NCBI GenBank assembly: GCA_937996655.1
Contig: CALKUK010000015.1
Coordinates: 198,740 to 262,739 of the forward strand
Length of the DNA: 64,000 nt
From: an uncultured Sphingomonadaceae bacterium
GTDB lineage: Bacteria > Pseudomonadota > Alphaproteobacteria > Sphingomonadales > Sphingomonadaceae
Reading direction: 5' to 3'
The translations under genes and the position numbers were made by a program. The notes below the pieces were generated by a model. That model was not told where the DNA came from. It made no database searches and worked only from the letters and a program-made list of their open reading frames with translations. This document shows, piece by piece, positions 38,264-48,359 of the stretch (the stretch's first letter is position 1; each line of letters opens with the position of its first letter).

Positions 38264-39637
38264 ATGATCTCCATCCTCGATCTCTTCCGCATTGGGATCG
38301 GCCCGTCGAGTTCGCATACCGTTGGTCCGATGCGTATTGCCAAGCGCTTTCTGGATCATCTCGCCCGTGCGGGGAATCTCGATGGGGTCGAACGCGTGCA
38401 TGTCCAGTTTCAGGGCTCGCTGGCCCTGACAGGGGCTGGGCACGGATCAATCGACGCATGCATCTTGGGGCTGCTGGGTCAGGTACCGGACGAGCTTGAT
38501 CCAGACACGGTGGAAGACCTTTTGCGGCCTGTGCGAAGCGGGACGTTGCCGCTCCTCGGCCAGCGCCAAATTGCCTTCGATTCCAAAAGCGACATTGAAC
38601 TGGCGTGCGACCTAATCCCAGATCTGCACCCAAATGGAATGCGCCTGCGCGCTTATGCCAGAGACGGCGAAACGATTGCCGATGACACTTGGTACTCGAC
38701 CGGCGGCGGCTTCATCGCCAGCGAACAGCAGATGCTCCAACCCGCCCCGGACGATCTGATTGCAAATCGGGCAGGACCGCCCTTGGCCTTTGGTTCCGGC
38801 GCAGAGCTGTTGGCCCATTGTGCGGCGGGCAAGCTCGACATTGCAGCGGTCGTCTTGGCCAATGAAAGCGCCTGGCGCCCAGAGGCAGAGACGTTTGGAG
38901 GGATTGACGCCATCGCCGCGGCCATGGGCGATTGCATCGACCGTGGGCTGCAGCGGGAAGGTGCCCTCCCCGGTGGCCTCAACGTGCGCCGACGCGCGCC
39001 TGAATTGTGGAAGAAGTTGGCCAACCAAGCCGGGACGAATGAGGCGGAGGCCCTGTTTGATTGGCTGAATGTCTACGCCATGGCCGTGAACGAAGAAAAT
39101 GCGGCCGGCGGGCGGGTGGTGACAGCCCCCACCAACGGCGCGGCAGGCATCATCCCTTCGGTCCTCCGCCATTATTGCACGGGCGATGCAGATTCCGTCG
39201 CCCGAACCCGCAAATTCATCCTGACCGCAGGCGGCGTTGGGCTGCTTTATAAGCAGCGGGCCTCCATCTCCGGAGCCGAAATGGGCTGTCAGGGCGAAGT
39301 TGGCGTGGCCTGCTCTATGGCTGCGGCCGGTTTGGCCGCCGTTTGGGGCGGAACGCCGGAGCAGGTCGCGACTGCAGCCGAAATCGGCATGGAGCATAAC
39401 CTGGGCCTCACCTGTGATCCGGTGGGCGGGCTTGTCCAGATCCCGTGCATCGAACGCAATGCGATTGGCGCTGTCAAAGCCGTCAATGCCGCGCGGCTCG
39501 CCCTGCACAGTCTGGAGACCCCCAAAGTCTCTCTGGATCAAGTGATTGAAACGATGCGCCAGACGGGCCTCGACATGTCGAGCAAATATAAGGAAACAAG
39601 CCTCGGCGGCCTTGCCGTCAATGTGGTTGCCTGCTGA
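38264..39637 (+). CDS. sdaA: L-serine ammonia-lyase (Fe-S dependent, single chain)
   Basis: [34 protein letters not shown] and [19 protein letters not shown]. Confidence 0.97.
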   Translation: MISILDLFRIGIGPSSSHTVGPMRIAKRFLDHLARAGNLDGVERVHVQFQGSLALTGAGHGSIDACILGLLGQVPDELDPDTVEDLLRPVRSGTLPLLGQRQIAFDSKSDIELACDLIPDLHPNGMRLRAYARDGETIADDTWYSTGGGFIASEQQMLQPAPDDLIANRAGPPLAFGSGAELLAHCAAGKLDIAAVVLANESAWRPEAETFGGIDAIAAAMGDCIDRGLQREGALPGGLNVRRRAPELWKKLANQAGTNEAEALFDWLNVYAMAVNEENAAGGRVVTAPTNGAAGIIPSVLRHYCTGDADSVARTRKFILTAGGVGLLYKQRASISGAEMGCQGEVGVACSMAAAGLAAVWGGTPEQVATAAEIGMEHNLGLTCDPVGGLVQIPCIERNAIGAVKAVNAARLALHSLETPKVSLDQVIETMRQTGLDMSSKYKETSLGGLAVNVVAC

Positions 39638-39675
39638 CAGAAGCCTGTTTGCGGGACATGGGGGAGAAGGTCATT

Positions 39676-40605
39676 GTGAAGCTCGCTGTGTCCGCTAAAC
39701 TGCGCATGATCGCAGCCCTTGCCCTTGCTTTGGTGCCGGGCCAGCTTTGGGCCAAGCCGGATACCGCCGGGACAGACCGCGCCGCCACCCAGGCCATCGT
39801 CAAACAATGCGCCGGAAAGGAAGACTTTTCCGATCCTGCCCCGCCGGCGCGTCTCTTTGGCAACACCTATTATGTCGGCACCTGCACAGTGAGCGTATTG
39901 CTGGTCACCTCGCCCAAGGGTCATGTGCTTGTCGATGCAGCGACCGAACAGGCCGTGCCATCGATCCTCGCCAATATCCGCGCACTGGGTTTCCGCCCGG
40001 AGGATGTGCGCTGGATCGTGACCAGTCATGAACATTTCGACCATGTCGGCGGGCTCGCCGCGCTGGTGCGGGCAACGGGCGCGAAAGTGGCGCTGAGCGC
40101 GCCTGCCGCTGCCGTGATCGCCTTTGGCAAGGCCGATCCCGACGACTCGCAATTCGGCACGCTTAAAAACTTTGACGTCGCGCCCGTGAAGGCGGACAAA
40201 CTCATAACGACCGGTTCCATCGTGCAGGTGGGGCCACTGCGCCTGACCGCCTTTCTGACGCCCGCACATAGCACAGGGTCCACCAGCTGGATCTGGCAAA
40301 GCTGCGCGGGGGATGAGTGCCGCACGATCAGCTATATCGACAGCATCTCCGCGCTCGCCGCCCCGCCCTATCGCTTCACCGACCACCCTGACGTCGTCGC
40401 CCGGTTCCGCCGGACCTTCGACGCAATTGCTGCCCGACGCTGCGGCATCCTCGTCACCCCGCATCCATCCGTCAGCACATTGTTTGAACGTATGCTCGGC
40501 GACGCACCGCTGGCCCCGAAAGATGCGTGCCAGAACTATGCCAAGCTGGGCCGGGGATGGCTGGACACCCAGCTGGCGAAGGAAGCTGCGGAAACACGCA
40601 AATAG
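39676..40605 (+). CDS. Subclass B3 metallo-beta-lactamase, secreted
   Basis: Signal peptide; GNTYYVGTC, SHEHFDH, PAHSTG and LVTPHPS; six Cys. Start GTG 39676 or ATG 39706. Confidence 0.88.
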   Translation: MKLAVSAKLRMIAALALALVPGQLWAKPDTAGTDRAATQAIVKQCAGKEDFSDPAPPARLFGNTYYVGTCTVSVLLVTSPKGHVLVDAATEQAVPSILANIRALGFRPEDVRWIVTSHEHFDHVGGLAALVRATGAKVALSAPAAAVIAFGKADPDDSQFGTLKNFDVAPVKADKLITTGSIVQVGPLRLTAFLTPAHSTGSTSWIWQSCAGDECRTISYIDSISALAAPPYRFTDHPDVVARFRRTFDAIAARRCGILVTPHPSVSTLFERMLGDAPLAPKDACQNYAKLGRGWLDTQLAKEAAETRK

Positions 40606-40692
40606 GCGGACGCATCACCGGCAGCCTGTCGCGCTGGACGCGCGCAATGACGCCCAAAAGGGACGCGGAGTCATATTTTCTGAATGGTTCAC

Positions 40693-40767
40693 TGGAGCGG
40701 GCGAAGGGATTCGAACCCTCGACCCCAACCTTGGCAAGGTTGTGCTCTACCCCTGAGCTACGCCCGC
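40693..40767 (-). tRNA. tRNA-Gly(GCC)
   Basis: Reverse complement GCGGGCGTAGCTCAGGGGTAGAGCAC-AACCT-TGCCA-AGGTT-GGGGTCGAGGGTTCGAATCCCTTCGCCCGCTCCA. Confidence 0.98.
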
Positions 40768-40915
40768 TCTGGCGCTTGCGCGGACAAGGTGTCCTGCGCG
40801 GGAGGGGGGCTGTTAACAGCGTGCTTTGGGCAATGCAACCCTGTTTACGCGCATTTTTGGGTTGTCTCTTTTCGGTTTCTTCCCACATAGGGCTTCAGGG
40901 CAATTCAGGAGCAGT

Positions 40916-41830
40916 ATGTTGGCCACGCTGGGGATGAGCGAACAGGACAAGCAGGCCATTGAGGCCTTCAAGAAAGACGTGATTGAACCGTCGATGACGT
41001 CGCTCGTCATCCTCGATTTCTGGGCGGAATGGTGTGGGCCGTGCAAGCAGCTGACGCCGGTACTGGAAAAGATCGCGGCGGACTATGCCAATAAGGGCGT
41101 TCTCCTCGCCAAGGTGAATGTCGATGAGCAAAAGCTGATCGCATCGCAATTCCGCGTCCAATCCATCCCCACGGTCTATGCCGTTTTTCAGGGGCAGCTG
41201 GTGGCGGACCTCACGCAGTTCCGTACTGAAAGCCAGCTCACACGCGCGCTGGACCAGTTGCTGGGCCAATTGCCCGTGCAGGGCGAAGCGCAGGCGCTGG
41301 AACAGGAAATTGAACCGCTGATCGCCATGGGCGAAGAGGTGCTGGCTGCAGGCGATGCGGAACGGGCTGTCGGCCTTTTCCAGCAGATCCTCGACATGGC
41401 GCCTGACAATGCAGAGGTGCTGTCCGGCCTAATCCGTGCACACGTCTCCGGACATCATTTGGAAGAAGCGGCAGCTCTGGCCGCATCGCTCTCCGATGAT
41501 CAGCGCAAGCATGTGGCCATCAGCCGGGCCTTGTCTGCCCTTGCCATCGCGCAGGACTCACGGCCGGTGGATGATCTAGCTGGCCTGAAAGCCGAAGTCG
41601 CCGCCCAGCCTGACAATCACGCCGCCCGTTTTGAACTGGCCGGGGGGCTGATGGCCTCTGGCGATCGTGACGGTGCGGCCGAGGCGCTGCTTCACATCAT
41701 CCGCGCCGATAAGGACTGGAATGAGGGGGCTGCGCGCACGCAGTTGCTCACACTGTTTGAAGCCATTGGGCTCGAAGACCCCTGGGTGTCGGCCACACGG
41801 CGTAAGCTTTCTGCGGCCTTGTTCGGATGA
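40916..41830 (+). CDS. cnoX: Thioredoxin-TPR chaperedoxin CnoX/YbbN
   Basis: DFWAEWCGPCKQL thioredoxin domain plus TPR-like C-terminus ending RRKLSAALF. Start at 40916. Confidence 0.9.
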   Translation: MLATLGMSEQDKQAIEAFKKDVIEPSMTSLVILDFWAEWCGPCKQLTPVLEKIAADYANKGVLLAKVNVDEQKLIASQFRVQSIPTVYAVFQGQLVADLTQFRTESQLTRALDQLLGQLPVQGEAQALEQEIEPLIAMGEEVLAAGDAERAVGLFQQILDMAPDNAEVLSGLIRAHVSGHHLEEAAALAASLSDDQRKHVAISRALSALAIAQDSRPVDDLAGLKAEVAAQPDNHAARFELAGGLMASGDRDGAAEALLHIIRADKDWNEGAARTQLLTLFEAIGLEDPWVSATRRKLSAALFG

Positions 41831-42450
41831 GCACCAAAACCATCACACGCCTGTCGGTCTTCCCGCTGGCCGGAGCGGTGCTGTTTCCACACATGCAGTT
41901 GCCGCTGCACATTTTCGAACCGCGCTACCGGGCGCTCGTGCGAGATGCCCTCTCGCGTGATCAGCGGGTCGGCATGGTCCAGCCGCGCGATGCCGGTGAT
42001 CCGCCAAGCCTGTTTGATGTCGGCTGCGTCGGCAAAATCGGCCATGTCGAGGCGCTGGATGACGGGCGCTACAATATCATCCTCGAAGGGCTGACGCGTT
42101 TTCGCATCCGGCGGGAACTGGCGGTCGACACTTCCTTCCGACAGGTTGAGGCAGATTTGATCCCCGATGATGACATCCATCAGACGCTCGGCCTGATGGA
42201 ACGGGCCAGTCTGGAACGCGAAGCACGTCGCTTTGCCGATGCGCAGGGCTATGCGGTGGATTGGAATGCCGTCAGCCGGTTGGACGATGAAGCGATCGTC
42301 AACGGCATCGCACAGGTCGCGCCCTTTGATACGGCCGCCAAGCAGGCGCTGCTGGAGGCCAATTCGCTGAGTGAACGCGCCGAGCTGACGATGCAGTTGA
42401 TGCAGTTCTTTGGCCGCCATGACGGTGACGGACAGGTCACGCTTCAGTGA
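41827..42450 (+). CDS. Stand-alone Lon substrate-binding (LON_N) domain protein
   Basis: FPL.GAVLFP...[14 protein letters not shown]; no ATPase or protease domain. Confidence 0.9.
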   Translation: MSTKTITRLSVFPLAGAVLFPHMQLPLHIFEPRYRALVRDALSRDQRVGMVQPRDAGDPPSLFDVGCVGKIGHVEALDDGRYNIILEGLTRFRIRRELAVDTSFRQVEADLIPDDDIHQTLGLMERASLEREARRFADAQGYAVDWNAVSRLDDEAIVNGIAQVAPFDTAAKQALLEANSLSERAELTMQLMQFFGRHDGDGQVTLQ

Positions 42451-42632
42451 GCGCGCCTGCTGTGGATATTGAAAGTCTGCTCGATCTTCTTGTCTGCCCC
42501 CTCAGCCGCACGCCGTTGCGCTATGATGCCGCACTGCACGAACTGATCTCAGACGCAGCGGGGCTCGCCTTTCCCATCCGGGAGGGCATCGCGATTTTAC
42601 GGGTTGAAGAGGCGCGGTCGATCGCGCCCTAA
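42447..42632 (+). CDS. Trm112-like (UPF0434) protein
   Basis: [16 protein letters not shown]....[15 protein letters not shown]. Confidence 0.9.
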   Translation: MSAPAVDIESLLDLLVCPLSRTPLRYDAALHELISDAAGLAFPIREGIAILRVEEARSIAP

Positions 42633-42635
42633 GGC

Positions 42636-43199
42636 TTATTGTTCCAGCGAGGCGAGCTGGATCACATCGTCCGAAAGCTTGAAGCCATGGTCCATCTTGG
42701 GCTTGGCTGCAAAGTGGACCGAGCCATCATCGTGATAGATGAAGCCGGAGACCGGATAGCTGGTCTGACCCAGATCGCCGCTGCCCGCATGCCAGACGCG
42801 GACCTTGCTCCAATCGCCTTTTTCAGACACGTCGACGGCGCGTACGCCACGTTCGATCATGCCGGGACGCGACCAGTTGGCGTGGTCGAGAAGAACTTCG
42901 CGGGCGTTCAGGACTTTGGCGACCGTGGCGACATGGCCGTTGCGCATCGAACCGAAGCTCGGCATGGCCATGACAGCGCCGACGCGTGGTTCATGCCCGC
43001 GACCGTAAACACCATCGGCCTGGTTCCACCAAGTGTAAGCATTCCCGCGCAATTCGATGCCGGAAACTTCGCGAGCAAAAGAAACGCACTGCAAGGGACG
43101 AGCGGACGCGATTGTCGGAGAGACCAAGGCTGCGAGCATAAGGAAAGCAGCTGAAATCAAACGAACTTTTTGCAAAACCGAAATTCCCCCGCGACCCAT
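42636..43199 (-). CDS. CHAP-domain peptidoglycan amidase/endopeptidase
   Basis: Signal peptide; QCV.FAR..SGI...GNA.TWW, GHVA.V and HANW. Start ATG 43199 or TTG 43175. Confidence 0.88.
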   Translation of the reverse strand: MGRGGISVLQKVRLISAAFLMLAALVSPTIASARPLQCVSFAREVSGIELRGNAYTWWNQADGVYGRGHEPRVGAVMAMPSFGSMRNGHVATVAKVLNAREVLLDHANWSRPGMIERGVRAVDVSEKGDWSKVRVWHAGSGDLGQTSYPVSGFIYHDDGSVHFAAKPKMDHGFKLSDDVIQLASLEQ

Positions 43200-43383
43200 T
43201 TGTCCCGTGCATTCTCCCTGCCCGTGACCGCCGTCACAGCCAAGCGCGGATCGGTGAGTTGATAAGGGTCCGGGACGAAGCGTTGGCGCGCCGCAACTCA
43301 TCGCGGAGCGGGCTCGCTTTATCGCACTGCAACACAAGACAACCTGCGACGAGATGCGCCGACGGGACGAATCGATGTGCGTC

Positions 43384-43409
43384 GATCCTCAAACAAGTTC
43401 AGGATGACG
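43384..43409. repeat. CGTC-tagged repeat, family 3 (right half only)
   Basis: gatcctcaaacaagttcaggatgacg; its reverse complement matches cgtcatcctgaacttgttt at 61452. Confidence 0.7.
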
Positions 43410-43506
43410 ATGCGGGGTTGGGGAGCGCGTTGATGCTCCCCCCTTGCATCCCCGCCCGCACCACGCCATTTCTAAGCCAACAAAGACAATGACGACGGGG
43501 ATGATG

Positions 43507-45129
43507 ATGCTAGGATGCATGCAGGATTGGGACCTTCGGGTGACCCATCTGATCGATTATGCGGCGCGTGAACATGGGCCACGGGAGATCCTGACACGTT
43601 GGGCCGATGGGTCGGTCGAACGCACCAACTGGACAGGCGTGGCAACCGAGGCGCGCAAGCTTGCGCAAGCCTTCGTCAAATGGGGGCTGAAGCCGGGCGA
43701 CCGCGTCGCCACCTTCGCGATGAACCACCATCGCCACCTCGCCGCCTGGTATGGCGCCATCGGGTCCGGCGGGGTGATCCACACCGTCAACGTTCGCCTG
43801 TTTGATGAAGACCTCATCTACATCATGAACCATGCCGAAGACCGGGTGCTGATGTATGATGCGCAGTTCCAGCCCGTGATCGACCGGCTGAAGCCGCATC
43901 TGAAGACGGTGGAGCACTATATCGTGTTCGACGGCGACGCCGGTGCGCCCAGCAGCTACACCACACTGATGGCGCAGATGGACGGCGCATTTGACTGGGT
44001 GTCAGGCGATGAGCGTGATCCGTGCATGCTCTGCTACACCAGTGGGACAACGGGCAACCCGAAGGGTGTGCTCTATCAGCACCGCTCCACCATGCTGCAT
44101 GCGATGGCGGAGATTGCGCCGTCGATCTTCAACCTCTCAACAACAGCGGTGCTGCTGCCCATCGTACCGATGTTCCATGCGGCGAGCTGGGGCCTGCCCT
44201 TTGCCGGCGCGGCTGCGGGCGTGAAGTTTGTCTTCTCCACCACCAATGACGCGCCGACGCTGCACAGCCTGATGCTGTCCGAAGGCGTGACGCATAGCGC
44301 AGGCGTGCCCACCGTGTGGCTCGCCATGTTCCAGCATCTGGATGCCACCGCAAAGGCGGGCGGCGATGCCTCGCTGGGCAAGCTCAACCTCGTCACCATT
44401 GGTGGATCGGCTGCACCGCGTGCGATGATTGAGCGGCTGATGAAGGCAGGCGTCCGCGTCTCCCATGCTTGGGGCATGACGGAAACCTCGCCCATCGGCA
44501 CCATGGGCGCGCCCGTGCCCGGCTGGGATGAGATGAGCCTCGACGCGCAGATTGACGTCGTCGCCAAGCAGGGCCGCGTGCCCTTTGGCGTCGAGCTGCG
44601 CATCGTTGATGATGAGGACAACGCCCTGCCGCGCGATGGCACCAGCTCTGGCCGGTTGCAGATCCGTGGGCCATGGGTCGTCAAACGCTACTTCAAGGCA
44701 GAGGCCGACGCGGTGGACAAGGACCAGTGGTTCGACACCGGCGACGTCTCCGTCATCCACCCCGATGGCACGATGCAGATCACCGATCGCGCGAAGGACG
44801 TCATCAAATCCGGCGGCGAATGGATCAGCTCGGTTGAACTGGAAAACGCCGCCGTCGGCTGCCCCGGCGTGGCGGAAGCCGCCGCGATTGGCGTCCACCA
44901 CCCGAAATGGGACGAACGCCCGATCCTGCTCGTTGTGAAGAAGGACGGCGCAACTCTGACCGAGGCGGATGTCACCTCCTATCTCGCCAGTGTCGTCGCC
45001 AAATGGTGGCTGCCCGATGAAGTGCTCTTCGTCGACGACCTGCCCCACACAGGCACCGGCAAGATCCAGAAGGCCGAACTGCGCAAGGAGTATAAGGACT
45101 ATAAGCTGAAGGCGCTGGCAGCGGCGTAG
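43507..45129 (+). CDS. Long/medium-chain fatty acyl-CoA ligase (AlkK/DmdB-like)
   Basis: [22 protein letters not shown] and KSGGEWISS. Start taken at 43507 (MLGCMQDW). Confidence 0.92.
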   Translation: MLGCMQDWDLRVTHLIDYAAREHGPREILTRWADGSVERTNWTGVATEARKLAQAFVKWGLKPGDRVATFAMNHHRHLAAWYGAIGSGGVIHTVNVRLFDEDLIYIMNHAEDRVLMYDAQFQPVIDRLKPHLKTVEHYIVFDGDAGAPSSYTTLMAQMDGAFDWVSGDERDPCMLCYTSGTTGNPKGVLYQHRSTMLHAMAEIAPSIFNLSTTAVLLPIVPMFHAASWGLPFAGAAAGVKFVFSTTNDAPTLHSLMLSEGVTHSAGVPTVWLAMFQHLDATAKAGGDASLGKLNLVTIGGSAAPRAMIERLMKAGVRVSHAWGMTETSPIGTMGAPVPGWDEMSLDAQIDVVAKQGRVPFGVELRIVDDEDNALPRDGTSSGRLQIRGPWVVKRYFKAEADAVDKDQWFDTGDVSVIHPDGTMQITDRAKDVIKSGGEWISSVELENAAVGCPGVAEAAAIGVHHPKWDERPILLVVKKDGATLTEADVTSYLASVVAKWWLPDEVLFVDDLPHTGTGKIQKAELRKEYKDYKLKALAAA

Positions 45130-45150
45130 TCCGCCGCGCCCGACCCTTTC

Positions 45151-45221
45151 CCGTCACCCCAGCGCAGGCTGGGGTCTCTCCCTTTGGGTGCCGGAGATGC
45201 CAGCCTGCGCTGGCATGACGG
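45151..45221. repeat. CGTC-tagged palindromic repeat, family 1, copy B
   Basis: ccgtca-CCCCAGC-gcag-GCTGGGG-tctc...gaga-TGCCAGC-ctgc-GCTGGCA-tgacgg; lies between convergent genes. Confidence 0.9.
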
Positions 45222-45233
45222 TTTAGAGGAAAC

Positions 45234-45767
45234 TCAAACTTCCCGCAGGCGGCCGATGAGGTCCACGAAGTTGCAGGGTTTAAACCGGCTGTCGAGCTGG
45301 TGGACGAGGATGTGTTCCCACGCGTCGGCGCAGGCGCCGGTGGAGCCGGGCATGGCGAAGATATAGGTGGAGCGCACGATATAGGCGATGGCGCGGGACT
45401 GGATGGTGGAGGTGCCGATGGTGCGGTAGCTGATCCAGCGGAACAGCTCCCCAAAGCCCGGGATTTCCTTGCCGCCCAAAACGGCGAGTGCCTCTGGTGT
45501 CACATCACGCCCTGTGACGCCGGTGCCGCCGGTGATGAGGATGCAGTGGATCGACTGATCATCCACCCATTGGTGGAGGCGGCCCAGAATGGCGCCCTGA
45601 TCATCTGGGACGATGGCATAATCGGCCAGCGTGTGGCCAAGGTCTTGCAGGGCGGCACACAGATAGCCGCCGGATTTGTCGGTCTCACGCGTCCGGCTGT
45701 CAGATACGGTGAGGACGGCAATGCGGATCGGCTTGAATTCCGCGGTCTCGTCAATCGGCACTGGCAA
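45234..45767 (-). CDS. moaB: Molybdenum cofactor biosynthesis protein B
   Basis: [10 protein letters not shown]...[19 protein letters not shown] and [10 protein letters not shown]. Confidence 0.95.
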   Translation of the reverse strand: MPVPIDETAEFKPIRIAVLTVSDSRTRETDKSGGYLCAALQDLGHTLADYAIVPDDQGAILGRLHQWVDDQSIHCILITGGTGVTGRDVTPEALAVLGGKEIPGFGELFRWISYRTIGTSTIQSRAIAYIVRSTYIFAMPGSTGACADAWEHILVHQLDSRFKPCNFVDLIGRLREV

Positions 45768-47493
45768 CCCCGCTCACCCGGTCCATGCGGACAGCAGTGG
45801 GGCCGGGCAGGCCCGGAAAGCGCGGCCATAACCCCTGCGACAGGGCCGCAAGGCTCGTCGTCTGGTCACCCGACTGCATCTGGTACATCCAATAGTTCCG
45901 CATGATGATCGTCACATAAGCCCGCGTTTCCCAATAGGGAATGGACTCAATGTAGAGCAGCGGATCCGTATTGTCGCGGCTGCGCGCATTCCATGTTTCA
46001 AGCGGCAGCGGCCCCGCATTATAGGCGGCAATCACCTTGGGCAGCATCCCGCCTGTCGCCTGCATATCACGCAGCCGTTCAATAAAGCTCTGCCCATATT
46101 CCATGTTGGTGGCAGGATCATTGAGGGAGCCGACGCTGTCCCTGCCCTTGGCGCGGGCCATCATGGCGGCGGTGCCGGGCATGACCTGCATCAGGCCGCG
46201 TGCGCCCGCCGGGCTGACGATGGAGGTGCGGAAGTTCGATTCCTGAAGGGCGTGGGCATAAACCAGCGCCTTATCCACCCGCCAGCCACCTTCGGGCGTC
46301 CAGGTGCGGGGCATGGGATAGCGGGCAGAGGCCGGGGCGCGGGCACCCGCAGGGCCATTGTGCGCAAGCCAAAGCTGTGTTCCGGGCATATCCATCCGGC
46401 CGGCGAGTGTCGCCAAAGCAGCATGGCGGCGCGGATCGCCAATGCGGGCCTGATGGCGGATCATCTCATCCGCAAGGTCCATTTCCCCGATTTCCGCAAG
46501 CGCGAGGGCAGCGCGGACATTGGGCAGCTTTTCCACATCAGCAATGTCGTCAGGCACCTTCTGGATCAGCTTGGCGATGCCCAGCCGTTCTGCCGACAAG
46601 AGGCCGTAAAATGTCTCACCATAGCGCGCGGCGGCCTTCAGATGTCCGTCCACCTTCTGCGGCTGGCCCGATGCCATGGCGGCGCGGGCGGCCCAAAAGT
46701 GTGCCGCGGCGTCCATTTCATCATTCTGAAAACGGGATGCGGCGGATTCAAAGGCTGCAGAGGCGGCAGGAAAATCTTTACTGCGCCAGGCAGCGAGGCC
46801 CGCTGTCCAGTCTGACATGGCCGCCCAATCGCCCTCACCGGCCTGCCCCAACGCTGCGACCCGGCGGGCGGAGATGTCATCCCCGGTGATGTAATAAGAC
46901 CAGGCGACCTTCTGAAAAAGCTCCGCCCGGCCTTCGGGGGAGAGCGAGGCTTCACTCTCCGTCACAATGGCTTCCGCCTCAAACGGCATGTTATCTTTGA
47001 TCAGCGGCTGGATACGCGCGTTCAACGCGTTGGCGACACCATCCTGAGAGGCCGCCATCCGCGCCCGACGCGGCGCACTGCCCAGCCAGACCATATCCTG
47101 CGGGGTCGGCAGGTTGAATTCAACATCCATCCCGCGCGATTTCGCAAGACGGGCGAGTTGCGCGGCCTGAGGCAGCTGCGGCGCCTTTTCCAGAAGGGCG
47201 GCAATCTTTTCGGGCTCAACCTTGGGCGATCCCTTAGCGAGATAAAGCTCGGCCAGCGCGATGGCGTGGAGCGGGCCTTCCGGCATCGACTCCAGACCGG
47301 CTTGCGCCACATCCCACTGGCCGCTGCGGATCGATACGAAAATGTCCTTGTACCGCGCCCGCGCATTCGGCCCGAGCTGCGCTGCAAAATTGGAGGTGAA
47401 GGCCGGGGTGAAGGCCGCAAGCGTGGATTGCGCAGATGCGGGGGCAGACACCATCCCCGCCAAAACCAAAGCAAAAACCGAAACCAACTTCAC
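45751..47493 (-). CDS. Soluble lytic transglycosylase (SLT) with N-terminal alpha-superhelix
   Basis: Signal peptide; ALQESNF (catalytic Glu), GARGLMQVMP.TA, AAYNAGP and IPYWETR.YV. Confidence 0.93.
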   Translation of the reverse strand: MKLVSVFALVLAGMVSAPASAQSTLAAFTPAFTSNFAAQLGPNARARYKDIFVSIRSGQWDVAQAGLESMPEGPLHAIALAELYLAKGSPKVEPEKIAALLEKAPQLPQAAQLARLAKSRGMDVEFNLPTPQDMVWLGSAPRRARMAASQDGVANALNARIQPLIKDNMPFEAEAIVTESEASLSPEGRAELFQKVAWSYYITGDDISARRVAALGQAGEGDWAAMSDWTAGLAAWRSKDFPAASAAFESAASRFQNDEMDAAAHFWAARAAMASGQPQKVDGHLKAAARYGETFYGLLSAERLGIAKLIQKVPDDIADVEKLPNVRAALALAEIGEMDLADEMIRHQARIGDPRRHAALATLAGRMDMPGTQLWLAHNGPAGARAPASARYPMPRTWTPEGGWRVDKALVYAHALQESNFRTSIVSPAGARGLMQVMPGTAAMMARAKGRDSVGSLNDPATNMEYGQSFIERLRDMQATGGMLPKVIAAYNAGPLPLETWNARSRDNTDPLLYIESIPYWETRAYVTIIMRNYWMYQMQSGDQTTSLAALSQGLWPRFPGLPGPTAVRMDRVSGVASAD

Positions 47494-48242
47494 GCCAACT
47501 GTCCCCCGATCAGCATCTGCATATCCTGCCAGACGGCGGCCTTACGTTGCGGATTTTGCAACAAAAGGCGCGGCGCGGAACTGGCGATGGCAGGCACCAT
47601 AGACCGGATGTGGTTAATTTTCTGGCCTGTTTTGTTAGTATTGGTCGCATCCAGCCCGAGCAATGCACGGCTGGTCGACTGACCGAGCAGCCAGACGGAC
47701 TGTGGGTTCACCAATCCCAGATGGTGCTTGGCAATATCCCCCAGCCGGGGCAGCGCGTCCTTCGCGGCCTGACCCGAAGGTGGACGCCCCGGGATAAGCG
47801 GGAAGCAATAGACCTTGTCCCGGTCCAGCCCCATGGCCGCAAGCATCCGGTCAAACAAACGCCCCACCTCTCCAGAAAGGAGCGCCCCTGATTCGGCGTC
47901 GCCCACCTCCGGCATGTCGGTAATAATCGTGATCGCGGCCCCCGGCGTGCCAAACGGCCGAAGCCGAAGATGCGGTGGCCCAGCCTCCGGCACAGTGGGA
48001 TCCGTCGCCAGCCAGTCCACAAAGCTGTCGAGCGTTGCTGGAAGGGTAGCCGGTACCGGCGCCTCTTCCGGCTTGGCACGCGCCAAAACGGGGGCCGCAG
48101 CTGTGAGGGGCGACGCTACGGCGACGCGGCCCAACCAGGGCTGCGGCGCGTCTTCCACCAGCGTGTCGACACCCATATCGTCCCACCACTGCAGCGCAGC
48201 AGCCACAAGGCGTTGATCGACGGAGGTTTGGACTTCATTCAC
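47490..48242 (-). CDS. Uracil-DNA glycosylase family 4-like protein, degenerate active site
   Basis: G.LLSGEVGRLFDRMLAAMGL.R and HL.LVNP..VWLLG, with C-terminal LL..PQ.KA.VW.DM. Lacks GEAPG and the Cys cluster. Confidence 0.7.
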   Translation of the reverse strand: MNEVQTSVDQRLVAAALQWWDDMGVDTLVEDAPQPWLGRVAVASPLTAAAPVLARAKPEEAPVPATLPATLDSFVDWLATDPTVPEAGPPHLRLRPFGTPGAAITIITDMPEVGDAESGALLSGEVGRLFDRMLAAMGLDRDKVYCFPLIPGRPPSGQAAKDALPRLGDIAKHHLGLVNPQSVWLLGQSTSRALLGLDATNTNKTGQKINHIRSMVPAIASSAPRLLLQNPQRKAAVWQDMQMLIGGQLA

Positions 48243-48359
48243 ACCGGGCCTTCAACCCGCATAATTCCTGTTGGTCAACCGCAATCGCTTCGCTATCTGC
48301 CAGACTGAAACTGGGCCGCGACAACTCGAAAGGCCGGCCGAACAGGAGACGAATGCGCC

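Noticed and set aside
40916-42632. cnoX-LON_N-Trm112 operon as a new system
   Set aside because: A widely conserved alphaproteobacterial arrangement as far as I recall; nothing unusual in its motifs.
43200-43500. 300-bp intergenic region as an ncRNA
   Set aside because: It contains a repeat half and a GC hairpin (about 43412-43457) but must also hold two divergent promoters, and no RNA family signature was recognised.
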